Shown here piece after piece: positions 1 through 8,584 of a DNA stretch of 41,693 bases. Numbering within the stretch: position 1 is the stretch's first letter; each line of letters starts with the position of its first letter. The stretch covers positions 1-41,693 of IMG/VR virus record IMGVR_UViG_3300030372_003595, one strand, 5' to 3'. A program made the position numbers and the translations under genes. Source of the stretch: a virus. Lineage: Duplodnaviria; Caudoviricetes. The notes under the pieces were generated by a model. The model was given only the letters and a program-made list of their open reading frames with translations. It was not told the DNA's origin and did no database searches.

Positions 1-17
1 ATCAATAGGAACTAATT

Positions 18-557
18 ATGGAAGGACAATACACACATTATATCATTATGCCTAACACAGATAGTGCAAAGGCAAAACAAATAACAACAAGGTATGACTG
101 GCAGACCTTTACTTACAAGGAGGTAGAGAAAACAGGTAAGAAGGATGTTTATGTGACTTTACCTACCGATGATGATTTAAAGGCTGATATACAAGCGTTT
201 ATGGACACTCACAGCATTGATTACAATAGTAGCGATACTAAAGCAGAGTTACTTGAAAAGATTGATGTTCATTGTATGGAGAATGGCACACCAACAGAAG
301 AGGTTGAGTATAAATATATGACATCAGAAATAGATGAGACTACAGACCATTCAGCAAAAATATCAGATATGTTGGAAAGGCATCCATTGTACTTTGCACC
401 AAGAGTGTCAGCAGATGGAAGTGAATTATGCATCAAGTCAGATAGTACATTGGCAGAACTAAAGGCAGTAGAGGCGTTAAGTGGATTTTCAGTTTATACG
501 AATGAAGAAGTCAAAGAGTACATTGCAGGATCATCCAAATGGGCAGAAGATGAGTGA
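18..557 (+). CDS. Hypothetical acidic phage protein with a HeH/LEM-like helical motif
   Basis: AGGA RBS upstream. Segment LKADIQAFMDTHSIDYNSSDTKAELLEKI resembles helix-extension-helix motifs. Confidence 0.6.
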   Translation: MEGQYTHYIIMPNTDSAKAKQITTRYDWQTFTYKEVEKTGKKDVYVTLPTDDDLKADIQAFMDTHSIDYNSSDTKAELLEKIDVHCMENGTPTEEVEYKYMTSEIDETTDHSAKISDMLERHPLYFAPRVSADGSELCIKSDSTLAELKAVEALSGFSVYTNEEVKEYIAGSSKWAEDE

Positions 558-790
558 TGAAAACAGCAGTACGAGTTATGGGATTGATATTGCTTACCAG
601 TTTATTGGGATGCAGTCATGGATGGAGCGTAGGAGGTGTTGTACTTACTCCTCAGGATACTGTTTCAAATACGGTTTTTATCGAATTAATGGGGGCTGAT
701 TCTGTTCTTCATTATTATCACGGAAAAGTTTATAACCAATCTAATTGGTGTTGGTTACATCATCAATTTGAAGATATAACGGTGAAATGA
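554..790 (+). CDS. Small lipoprotein (possible o-spanin-like lysis protein)
   Basis: Basic N-terminus, hydrophobic stretch and lipobox LLG-C. Overlaps neighbours by 4 nt and lies in the lysis cluster. Confidence 0.55.
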   Translation: MMKTAVRVMGLILLTSLLGCSHGWSVGGVVLTPQDTVSNTVFIELMGADSVLHYYHGKVYNQSNWCWLHHQFEDITVK

Positions 791-1107
791 GTGGGAAACC
801 AGATACCGCCAGAAGCTATCGCACTACCATTCTTGATGACAATGCCATTGTTAGCATTAATCTTAAGTGGCTCGCTCAGGGATGTGTACTATTGGCTGGT
901 CTTATCTATTACTACTTTCAAATCGAAAATAGAATTCAAGCGTTGGAAAATAAAGTGGCAACTGCGGATGAACAAATTGAAAACTTACTTAGCAAACACA
1001 TTGTCGAAGAAAGAATTGAACGAGAAGAGTTAGCAGCTAAAGTGAAATTTTACGAAAAAGAATTAAACCTAAACCCATTTAGTTGGGGTAAGAAAAAGCG
1101 GAAATAA
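787..1107 (+). CDS. Single-TM coiled-coil membrane protein (lysis cassette, spanin/holin-like)
   Basis: TM segment WLAQGCVLLAGLIYYYF followed by a heptad coiled coil and a basic tail. ATGA-coupled to the upstream gene. Confidence 0.6.
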   Translation: MSGKPDTARSYRTTILDDNAIVSINLKWLAQGCVLLAGLIYYYFQIENRIQALENKVATADEQIENLLSKHIVEERIEREELAAKVKFYEKELNLNPFSWGKKKRK

Positions 1108-1108
1108 T

Positions 1109-1426
1109 ATGGATTTTATGGCAGTATATGGCGAAGCGGGAATGATAGGGGTAGTAGGCGTTATGTTCGTCTATCTTGTTATATCTTTATCAAAAAAAAG
1201 TGAAGCTCAACAAGAGGCATTAGAAAAACTAAAATTAGAAAACAGAGGTCAATCTGAGACATTGGAAAATATGGAAGGGATGATAATTAAACTTATTAAT
1301 AGATGGAATCAATCCGATGACAAGCTTGATAGAAAGTTCGATGCGATGACCAAGGAAATAAATGACTTGGACAATCAAGTGTCTAGAATTGAAGGTTCTC
1401 TCTCAAGAATCAATGGGAAGCACTAA
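1109..1426 (+). CDS. Putative holin-like protein (N-terminal TM + coiled coil)
   Basis: TM GMIGVVGVMFVYLVISL then coiled coil, a BhlA/UviB-like architecture, upstream of the endolysin. Confidence 0.6.
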   Translation: MDFMAVYGEAGMIGVVGVMFVYLVISLSKKSEAQQEALEKLKLENRGQSETLENMEGMIIKLINRWNQSDDKLDRKFDAMTKEINDLDNQVSRIEGSLSRINGKH

Positions 1427-1641
1427 TGCCACATAACGATGATTTATTTGCAATGATGGTCAAGTTCGATGAGCGACAGAAGACCATATTCAATATGCTT
1501 TATCGTGTAGAAAAACACGTAGAAAAACTTAATGGAAAGGTAGCAGATCACGATACCGCAATAACCAAATTACAAACAGTGGGTGCAGTAGCCGTTATAA
1601 GTATACCTATAATCGTAAATGTAATAATGAGGATAATATAA
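1426..1641 (+). CDS. Small coiled-coil + C-terminal TM protein (XhlA-like)
   Basis: Coiled coil then hydrophobic C-terminus. TAATG coupling on both sides. Confidence 0.55.
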   Translation: MPHNDDLFAMMVKFDERQKTIFNMLYRVEKHVEKLNGKVADHDTAITKLQTVGAVAVISIPIIVNVIMRII

Positions 1642-1817
1642 TGTTAGCAAAGTTAATAGCAGATGACTTGTTGTCAGATGATAATGGAAAAGAAGTAATT
1701 GCTGAAATAAATAAAGCAGTAGATATACCAATTATTTCAGAAAAAACTGAAGCCAAGATACTTGAAGCACTTTGGAAAGTAATTAAAGGTGTATTGCTCA
1801 AAAAGATTGGATTGTAA
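1641..1817 (+). CDS. Hypothetical 58-aa protein (MLAKLIADDLLSDDNGKEVIAEINKAVDIPIISEKTEAKILEALWKVIKGVLLKKIGL), not in the ORF track
   Basis: Exactly fills the gap, with TAATG overlaps to both neighbours and AGGA upstream. C-terminal helix is amphipathic. Confidence 0.75.
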   Translation: MLAKLIADDLLSDDNGKEVIAEINKAVDIPIISEKTEAKILEALWKVIKGVLLKKIGL

Positions 1818-2215
1818 TGCCAAAATTTGGCAAGCGGAGTAAAGAACGATTAAAGGGCGTTGATGCTAGACTTGTCAACGTCCTAAATGAAGTCGTTAAG
1901 TATTTTGACATTACAGTCATAGAAGGATTGAGAAGTCAAGAGAGACAAGACGAATTAGTTGCTAAGGGATTAAGCAAAACCAAATTTGGAAAACACGTTC
2001 AAGGAAAAGCCGTTGATATTTCGCCATATCCGATAGATTGGGAGGCTAGGGATGACTTTCATTACTTAGGAGGTTTTGTCCTTGCTACGGCAGCAAAAAT
2101 GGGCGTTAAGATACGTTGGGGTGGAGATTGGAATGCTAGTTCATTGTTTAAGGGGCAACGAACTACAAAAGATAACAAGTTTGACGATTTAGTACATTTT
2201 GAATTGATGGATTGA
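1817..2215 (+). CDS. Endolysin, M15-family zinc peptidase (L-Ala-D-Glu peptidase-like)
   Basis: Motifs EGLRSQERQ, KHxxGKAVD, IRWGGDW and DLVHFEL match Peptidase_M15 endolysins. Confidence 0.9.
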   Translation: MPKFGKRSKERLKGVDARLVNVLNEVVKYFDITVIEGLRSQERQDELVAKGLSKTKFGKHVQGKAVDISPYPIDWEARDDFHYLGGFVLATAAKMGVKIRWGGDWNASSLFKGQRTTKDNKFDDLVHFELMD

Positions 2216-2243
2216 GGTAAGGAAGTGTCAATAAAGGTTATAA

Positions 2244-3005
2244 ATGAAAATAAAAGAAAGAGTGGTGGTGTTTCCAGACATCCACTTTCCGAATCACGAC
2301 GAAAAGGCGTTTAAATGTGCATTGAATGTTCTCAAGGAAATCAAACCAACTGCTTTTTTATTATTGGGAGACACTATTGATGGTGAATCCGTTTCGCATT
2401 GGCAATGGAGCAAGAGAAAGCGTCCACCGTTGGAGTATCAACTTCCATTCGTTGATGAAGAGATCAGGCAAGGGAATAAAGGACTTGATAGGATTGACAA
2501 GGTTCTTGAAGAGATCGGTTGCGATAAAAAACAATTTGCTCAAGGGAACCACGAAAAATGGTTCGACCACTTTGTCGATGAAAACCCCTACCTTGAACAT
2601 TACGGTTCCAGAAAAGCCTTCAAGTTTGACGAAAGAGGATATGAATGGCACGACTATGGTGAAGTCTTTAAAGTGTTCGGAAGCAAGTTATACGCTTACC
2701 ACGGAGGACACTATATGGGAATTGCCCATGCAAGAACTCACGCACTGCAAATGGGATGCAACATTATATACGGACACACCCATGATTGTCAAAAAGCCGT
2801 CATTACCCACATCTCCGGGCCACACATGGCGTATTCAATGGGATGCTTAACCGACATGAGCAAAGATTACTTAAAAGGAAGACCTACCAATTGGACTCAC
2901 AATGTGGGACTGGTAGATATATTTGATAATGGGAACTTCAATTTAATGGTCATGGATATTAATGATGGAGTAACTACCTATGGAGGAAAGATAATACGTG
3001 CCTAA
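2244..3005 (+). CDS. Calcineurin-like metallophosphoesterase
   Basis: All five motifs are present: DIH, GDxxD, GNHE, HG, GHTH. Confidence 0.9.
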   Translation: MKIKERVVVFPDIHFPNHDEKAFKCALNVLKEIKPTAFLLLGDTIDGESVSHWQWSKRKRPPLEYQLPFVDEEIRQGNKGLDRIDKVLEEIGCDKKQFAQGNHEKWFDHFVDENPYLEHYGSRKAFKFDERGYEWHDYGEVFKVFGSKLYAYHGGHYMGIAHARTHALQMGCNIIYGHTHDCQKAVITHISGPHMAYSMGCLTDMSKDYLKGRPTNWTHNVGLVDIFDNGNFNLMVMDINDGVTTYGGKIIRA

Positions 3006-6000
3006 ACAGCTTGAAGAGATCAATGTTTTCAGTTCCGGAACATACTATGCTCCAGACAAGAGAGATATCCCCAATAGTGCTGCCTCTTTCAGTAAGAATA
3101 TAGACCCATTATTAGACAATGGTGCTTTGAAAGGGATACCTGCAAATACAACTCATAAAACAGGTGTCGATTCTATAGGTATGTCAATAATCAATGATAG
3201 TGGAACTATTAGAGCTGTATATATGGATAGCGATGGAGATTTTTTTAAAATAGACGATTTGGAAGGAACACCTGGTACTCCGACCTTATTGGAGTCTGGT
3301 ACATACACATCAAGTCCGGCAATGGAAGTAAACAATAAAGAAGTTCATATTGGGCAAGGCACCTCCCTAGACGTCAAATGGTCTGGTATTGTAACCCATG
3401 GTCAGTTCGGAGGTTCTGTTCCTAGTGGTGTTCAGATAGAGAACGCTTCTCTTACCGCACCATCGTCATTCACGGATATGCATAAGGTTGTAACGGACGA
3501 TACATATATCTATGGTATAGAGTATAGTGGTCAATCACTATATAGGTTTAAAATATCAGACGGGACTATAGATAAGATTGGAAAACCTATTTTCAAGAAC
3601 CAAGCTGACCTAACTGCCCTTGCTCTTGCAAGTGATGGTGATCTATGGTTATTGGATTCAAAAACCTTTCATCAAGGCAATAATATCTTAGGGGTATTGT
3701 ATAAGGTCGATTCAACTACGCTTGAAGTGATACAGGAAAATAAACTAACACTTGCAAGTAGCACTGCTCCAAATAAATACACAGACCTACTAGAAATAGG
3801 TGCAGAGTTGTGGATATCTGCTGAAAAAACTTCAGCTGCTAATCCTGAAAAAGCTTATATAGCCAATGTTACGATACCAACCGCAGATGGAGATACAGAA
3901 GTTACAAATAGGTTTCCATTAATGAGGACTGTACACTCAGGGACACCACCTACTGGTAAGTTTGATACAGGATCAACAGACGATAATGCCACAATGACAA
4001 CTTTTATACCAAGGGTAAATCTTATAAAATTAAAGGACAGTACAGATCATTGTGGTTTTGCAATAGATATTAGAGATAGAGATGGCTCAGCTAGTCTTGC
4101 TAGATTTACAAAATCAACAGGCAATGTAGTTATAGTAAGTAGTTGCATATTGTCAATCCATAAAGGGTGTGATTCAACATCTGATACCTTAACAGGTGAC
4201 AATAAATTATTTTACTTTGCAGATAACACAGGTTCAATAAGTCAAAAACAGATATTTACAGATGGGACAATCAATAGAGGATATGTCGCAAGCGATGGAA
4301 CTAATTATATAGCCGTAGCTCAACCATCTAATTCCGATGCTTTAGATGACTCTTTTATATGGAGAGTGGCAATACCAGATATGGATACTGCTTCAAATGG
4401 AGATTTATTGCAGACCTATCAACTGTCTATAACCTCCAACATTACCAATTCAGCCATATGTACCGCAGATGGGGGCAGTAGTACAGTAGACTTCCATTTG
4501 TTCAGTAGTGGTGATTCTGTGGGTAGATGGTCAAAGCTAGATGATGTAGCTAGTTCTTTTTCTGATAAAACTGCAACCGTGATATTGCAATCAGATGCCA
4601 ACGTATCTTTATCATTGGCTTCATCTGGGGCTTCTTCATCTTTTACAGCAGAAAAGAATTATTTTTATAAGATATCCTATATGTATGATGGGTATCAAGA
4701 ATCTCCATTGAGTACGGATTTCATGATAACTCAAGGGGCTAGCTCAACTCAAGTTTCTATATCCATTGACCTATTCAATATCACATCTATGTCAAAAAGG
4801 ATAACTGGGGTCAATTTATACATGGCTGAGGGTGATACTAACTCAAGTGACCCCACTGGATTCTATCGATTGGCAAAGTCAATTGAAATAAACGACCAAT
4901 GGTTACAAGTCTCTGATGATGCAACATCTCCAGATTGGGGAGTGAAGAAATCTCATCAATTTATCCACAATGGAACAAGCCAAGGTAGTTATGAATCTCG
5001 AACTGGAATATCTGAGGCTCTAGATAATTTTACCCCAAAATACACTTTAAGCACGGTTTTGAATAATCAACTATTCGTGACTCAATGCAGTCACCCTGAA
5101 ATAGAAGATGCAAATCTATATATCTTTAAATCCAGACCTTATAATTACGACCAATTCAATTGGGTCTTTGATTTCATGGTACTTCCTGACATACCTACCG
5201 CTATCAAGGGGTTCAATGGAAGACTTTATGCATTTACAAAAAGTAAGATCTACAGAATAGAGCCAAATGGAATGTATATAGAAGATATCTTTGATGGCGC
5301 AGGATGTTTGAATAGTGAGTCTGTTATTGTAACAGATTATGGAATGTTCTTTGCGGATAACAATAATATATATTTTCACGATGGTAGAGTCCCTAAACCA
5401 ATTGCGGGACCTATTATTACACAACCAGAAGTAACAAATCCTGCAGGTACCGGTGATCCATACCCCATAGCAGTTTATACTGCATGGCAATTAAGACCAT
5501 CTCCTCAAAGAGATGTAGTATTGGGGTTTGATAATAAACGAAGAGCGTTACTTGTATTTTTTGATATACAGTATAATTTAGGCGGTAGCGATATAAATTC
5601 TAATTTCTGTTGGGCATACAGTATTGATTCAAATCGATGGGATTTATGGGATTCGGAAGCAGTTACTTCTTATGTATCTGGTACAAGCGGTGAGAATTTT
5701 ATATCAAATGGTACAAATCTTTATAATTATCTAGGACACGCTTCAACTAAAGTAGCTTGGCAATGGTATTCTAAAAAATTAGTTATGAATGCATCTACTG
5801 TAGATAAAAAATTTATCAAATTACATGAACAAAGTGATTCAGGTTCACCTGTAGTTACCGTTGCCTTTGACAGTGATCCAACTTCATATGGTGCCTTATC
5901 TGCAATAACCAAAGCAAAATGGGCTAGAATCAAAGTTGTTTCTAATGCAACAACAGATAGGTTAAATGCTCTTGGAATGCAATGGCGTGGACTAAGAGAA

Positions 6001-6021
6001 GTTCCGGTAACAGACCCCTAA
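2998..6021 (+). CDS. Large beta-rich virion tail protein (nozzle/stabilization-protein-like)
   Basis: 1007 aa, Ser/Thr/Gly/Asp-rich beta-structure with propeller-like segments. Sits directly before the ejection-protein genes, as podovirus nozzle genes do. Confidence 0.6.
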   Translation: MPKQLEEINVFSSGTYYAPDKRDIPNSAASFSKNIDPLLDNGALKGIPANTTHKTGVDSIGMSIINDSGTIRAVYMDSDGDFFKIDDLEGTPGTPTLLESGTYTSSPAMEVNNKEVHIGQGTSLDVKWSGIVTHGQFGGSVPSGVQIENASLTAPSSFTDMHKVVTDDTYIYGIEYSGQSLYRFKISDGTIDKIGKPIFKNQADLTALALASDGDLWLLDSKTFHQGNNILGVLYKVDSTTLEVIQENKLTLASSTAPNKYTDLLEIGAELWISAEKTSAANPEKAYIANVTIPTADGDTEVTNRFPLMRTVHSGTPPTGKFDTGSTDDNATMTTFIPRVNLIKLKDSTDHCGFAIDIRDRDGSASLARFTKSTGNVVIVSSCILSIHKGCDSTSDTLTGDNKLFYFADNTGSISQKQIFTDGTINRGYVASDGTNYIAVAQPSNSDALDDSFIWRVAIPDMDTASNGDLLQTYQLSITSNITNSAICTADGGSSTVDFHLFSSGDSVGRWSKLDDVASSFSDKTATVILQSDANVSLSLASSGASSSFTAEKNYFYKISYMYDGYQESPLSTDFMITQGASSTQVSISIDLFNITSMSKRITGVNLYMAEGDTNSSDPTGFYRLAKSIEINDQWLQVSDDATSPDWGVKKSHQFIHNGTSQGSYESRTGISEALDNFTPKYTLSTVLNNQLFVTQCSHPEIEDANLYIFKSRPYNYDQFNWVFDFMVLPDIPTAIKGFNGRLYAFTKSKIYRIEPNGMYIEDIFDGAGCLNSESVIVTDYGMFFADNNNIYFHDGRVPKPIAGPIITQPEVTNPAGTGDPYPIAVYTAWQLRPSPQRDVVLGFDNKRRALLVFFDIQYNLGGSDINSNFCWAYSIDSNRWDLWDSEAVTSYVSGTSGENFISNGTNLYNYLGHASTKVAWQWYSKKLVMNASTVDKKFIKLHEQSDSGSPVVTVAFDSDPTSYGALSAITKAKWARIKVVSNATTDRLNALGMQWRGLREVPVTDP

Positions 6022-6287
6022 TGTCTATTAGTAAGAAAAGGGCTCCCAAGGTTGATTCTGATAACATGGAACGTGTCATCCAAGAAGTATATAAAGATAT
6101 CAATGAGATAATAGATTCAGTAAATAGTGGAAACCCCTCAGAGGCTAGAAAAGAAAGTAGCGGTAAAAGAGGTGATCTTAGACTTTCTAAGCGCAGTGAT
6201 GGGGTTTATCAAATTCAAGGAAGAACAGACGAAGGCTGGATTTCCGCAACCAATTTATCTTTTACAACAAAAGATGAAAAGAAATAA
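6021..6287 (+). CDS. Hypothetical small virion-associated protein
   Basis: Likely start is the ATG at 6021 (TAATG overlap with the upstream stop), not 5982. Confidence 0.6.
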   Translation: MSISKKRAPKVDSDNMERVIQEVYKDINEIIDSVNSGNPSEARKESSGKRGDLRLSKRSDGVYQIQGRTDEGWISATNLSFTTKDEKK

Positions 6288-6298
6288 GGAGTAATAAT

Positions 6299-7060
6299 AT
6301 GGCTTTACCATTAGCAGTTCCACTTGTATTGGGTGGATTAGGATTAGCAGGGAAATATCTAAACAGACCTAAAGATATAAATTACAATTTTAGATATGAC
6401 CCAGAACAAGTAATGGCAGGTAGTCATACCTATTCAGCAGATAAGAATTTTTTACAAACTGCAAAGACGATGCAAAATCAAGGTGTCAACTTTCTTTCTG
6501 GTCAATCAGATATGCAAAAAGGGCTCTTGGATGATGCATATAAATCCTCATTCGGCTTTGCGGATCAAATGAATACTCAAGCTATTGAGGCGATGTCACG
6601 TGCCGGTGTTGGAGGTGGCGGGCCTTCAAGGGCGTTTAGAGCTATAACACGTGCAGGCGCAGGTGAGCAGTATAGAAAAAGCGCATTAGGTATTGGTACT
6701 CAATTTGCAAATTTAGGAGCGGGGTTATTACAAGGGGCTTCAAGTGCATTTGGACAAATAGACCAAACTAGGTCGAATGTAGGTATGTTCAATGTTGGTC
6801 AACGAAATCAAGTTAATCTTTCAAACGCTCAAAGTAAAAATGATGCAAGGAGATTTGCAAAACAAATGGGATACCAACAAGCTGTAGGTAATGCAAATGC
6901 AAGATCCGCTTGGGGTGACTCAATGAGCAATAGTATGTTCGATCTTGCCGGACTAGCCTTTGGTGCCACTGATTATGGTGCGAGTGGTTATAATAATTGG
7001 GTAGGGCATTTCGATAGATATACTAATGATTTTTCAGGATTAAATAAGGAGTTACGATAA
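6299..7060 (+). CDS. Putative ejection / DNA pilot protein
   Basis: AAGGAG RBS. Hydrophobic Gly/Ala N-terminus (ALPLAVPLVLGGLGLAG) and a Gly/Ala/Gln/Asn-rich body typical of podovirus internal virion proteins. Confidence 0.65.
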   Translation: MALPLAVPLVLGGLGLAGKYLNRPKDINYNFRYDPEQVMAGSHTYSADKNFLQTAKTMQNQGVNFLSGQSDMQKGLLDDAYKSSFGFADQMNTQAIEAMSRAGVGGGGPSRAFRAITRAGAGEQYRKSALGIGTQFANLGAGLLQGASSAFGQIDQTRSNVGMFNVGQRNQVNLSNAQSKNDARRFAKQMGYQQAVGNANARSAWGDSMSNSMFDLAGLAFGATDYGASGYNNWVGHFDRYTNDFSGLNKELR

Positions 7061-8572
7061 ATGGCACAACGATGGACGGGATATACTTCAGGAACTGAAA
7101 GACTGGTTCAGCAAGTAGAGAGTCAAAAAAATAGAGTTCAGCAATTAGAAATGTTAGGCGCTCAATTGAAGATGCAAAAGAAAATAGCAGATGAGCGTAA
7201 TAAGACTACCCTTAAAGCGGCTGAAATTAGTCAAGAAACACAATTTGGTGTAACCGACAAAACACAAGCTGGTGCTAAAGAAAGAGTAGAAATAACAACT
7301 GGTTCACAGGAAAAACAGACAACTGAGAAAGAAGCCGGAGCTACCACAAGAACGCAGATGGGGATCACGTCTGCTGAAAAAATAAACACAGATAGAATTA
7401 CATCTGCTGAAAAAATAAATGATGCAAAAATATTAGCATCTAAAAATGAACTTGTGATGAGAGAGGCTGGTTTAGATTCTCGCTTATCAAGTGAATTGTC
7501 AAATAGGATAGATTTAAGAAATCTCACAGATACAGCAGCAATGGCTCGTCTTGAAAAAGAATTAGGTACAAGAGTAGACCTAGAGAAAATGAGACAAGAT
7601 GGTAGCTTAGATCGACTTGTTAGATCTTTAAAAAGTAATGAATCCATAGCTAGTTTAAGAGAGTCTGGCCAAATGGATAGGTTGGTCAAGAAATTATTGA
7701 GCGATAAAGAACTTGCGGGATTAGACAATGAACAAAGAATGGCAAGACTGCAAGAAAAGATAAGTGGCGATAAAGACTTAACTGCTTTCGTTCAAGGGGA
7801 AATGAATAGAAGGCAAGTTACTGGAGATAACGCAAGGCTTGAATTGACCCAATTTGTTCAGAGTGAGATAATGAAAAGAACAGGCATGGAATTGGATTCT
7901 AGGGAGACCATTCAGAGAATGATGGAAGGTGGAAAAGATTCTAGGCAACAGAAGGAATTTCTTTTTCAAGCAGGTACTCAATTAGCAGACATAAATGCAA
8001 AAATGGATAGGCAGATAGAAGGTCAAAAGCATAAAGAAGGAATGCAAGATAAGGCGTTTGAACAGACCAAGGAATTATCTAACATAAATTTTGAAAAAGA
8101 GGTATTGGGTAATTTATTAAAAATGAAAATGGGACAAACAGAACAGCAGAGAAACTTCAATTTTCTAGCTAGTCCGTTCAGTCTTGGTAAAACAAGCAAT
8201 GCTTTTGGAATGAATTATAAAGAATCTGATGTATTGAATGCGGTCAAAGGAAACCTACCGGCATTGAGTGAAGCTGTTAAGATAGCCAGGGAACTTCCAA
8301 AATCGACAGAGATCGAAGAAGGGGATTGGTATAACCCATGGAGTGAAGATAAAACTGTAACGAAACTTGACCCAAGGGCCGCTGCTTTGAGTGCGGTCTT
8401 GAAAAACTACGAGAAGGAACTCTCTGGTAGTCAATTTTATAATTGGGGAGAATCTTCAACTACCAAGAAACAAGCAAAGACCGCATTGGGTGACGTTCAG
8501 AGTTTGATACAAATGTTGGATATGCCTTCACAGAACGCTGATTTTGACAGCTTCTTACCTCAAGGATACTAA
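7061..8572 (+). CDS. Putative ejection protein with a long 11/22-residue periodic helical region
   Basis: AAGGAG RBS. Hendecad periodicity over about aa 45-330. Second of the three ejection-type genes. Confidence 0.65.
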   Translation: MAQRWTGYTSGTERLVQQVESQKNRVQQLEMLGAQLKMQKKIADERNKTTLKAAEISQETQFGVTDKTQAGAKERVEITTGSQEKQTTEKEAGATTRTQMGITSAEKINTDRITSAEKINDAKILASKNELVMREAGLDSRLSSELSNRIDLRNLTDTAAMARLEKELGTRVDLEKMRQDGSLDRLVRSLKSNESIASLRESGQMDRLVKKLLSDKELAGLDNEQRMARLQEKISGDKDLTAFVQGEMNRRQVTGDNARLELTQFVQSEIMKRTGMELDSRETIQRMMEGGKDSRQQKEFLFQAGTQLADINAKMDRQIEGQKHKEGMQDKAFEQTKELSNINFEKEVLGNLLKMKMGQTEQQRNFNFLASPFSLGKTSNAFGMNYKESDVLNAVKGNLPALSEAVKIARELPKSTEIEEGDWYNPWSEDKTVTKLDPRAAALSAVLKNYEKELSGSQFYNWGESSTTKKQAKTALGDVQSLIQMLDMPSQNADFDSFLPQGY

Positions 8573-8584
8573 AGTTATATATAG

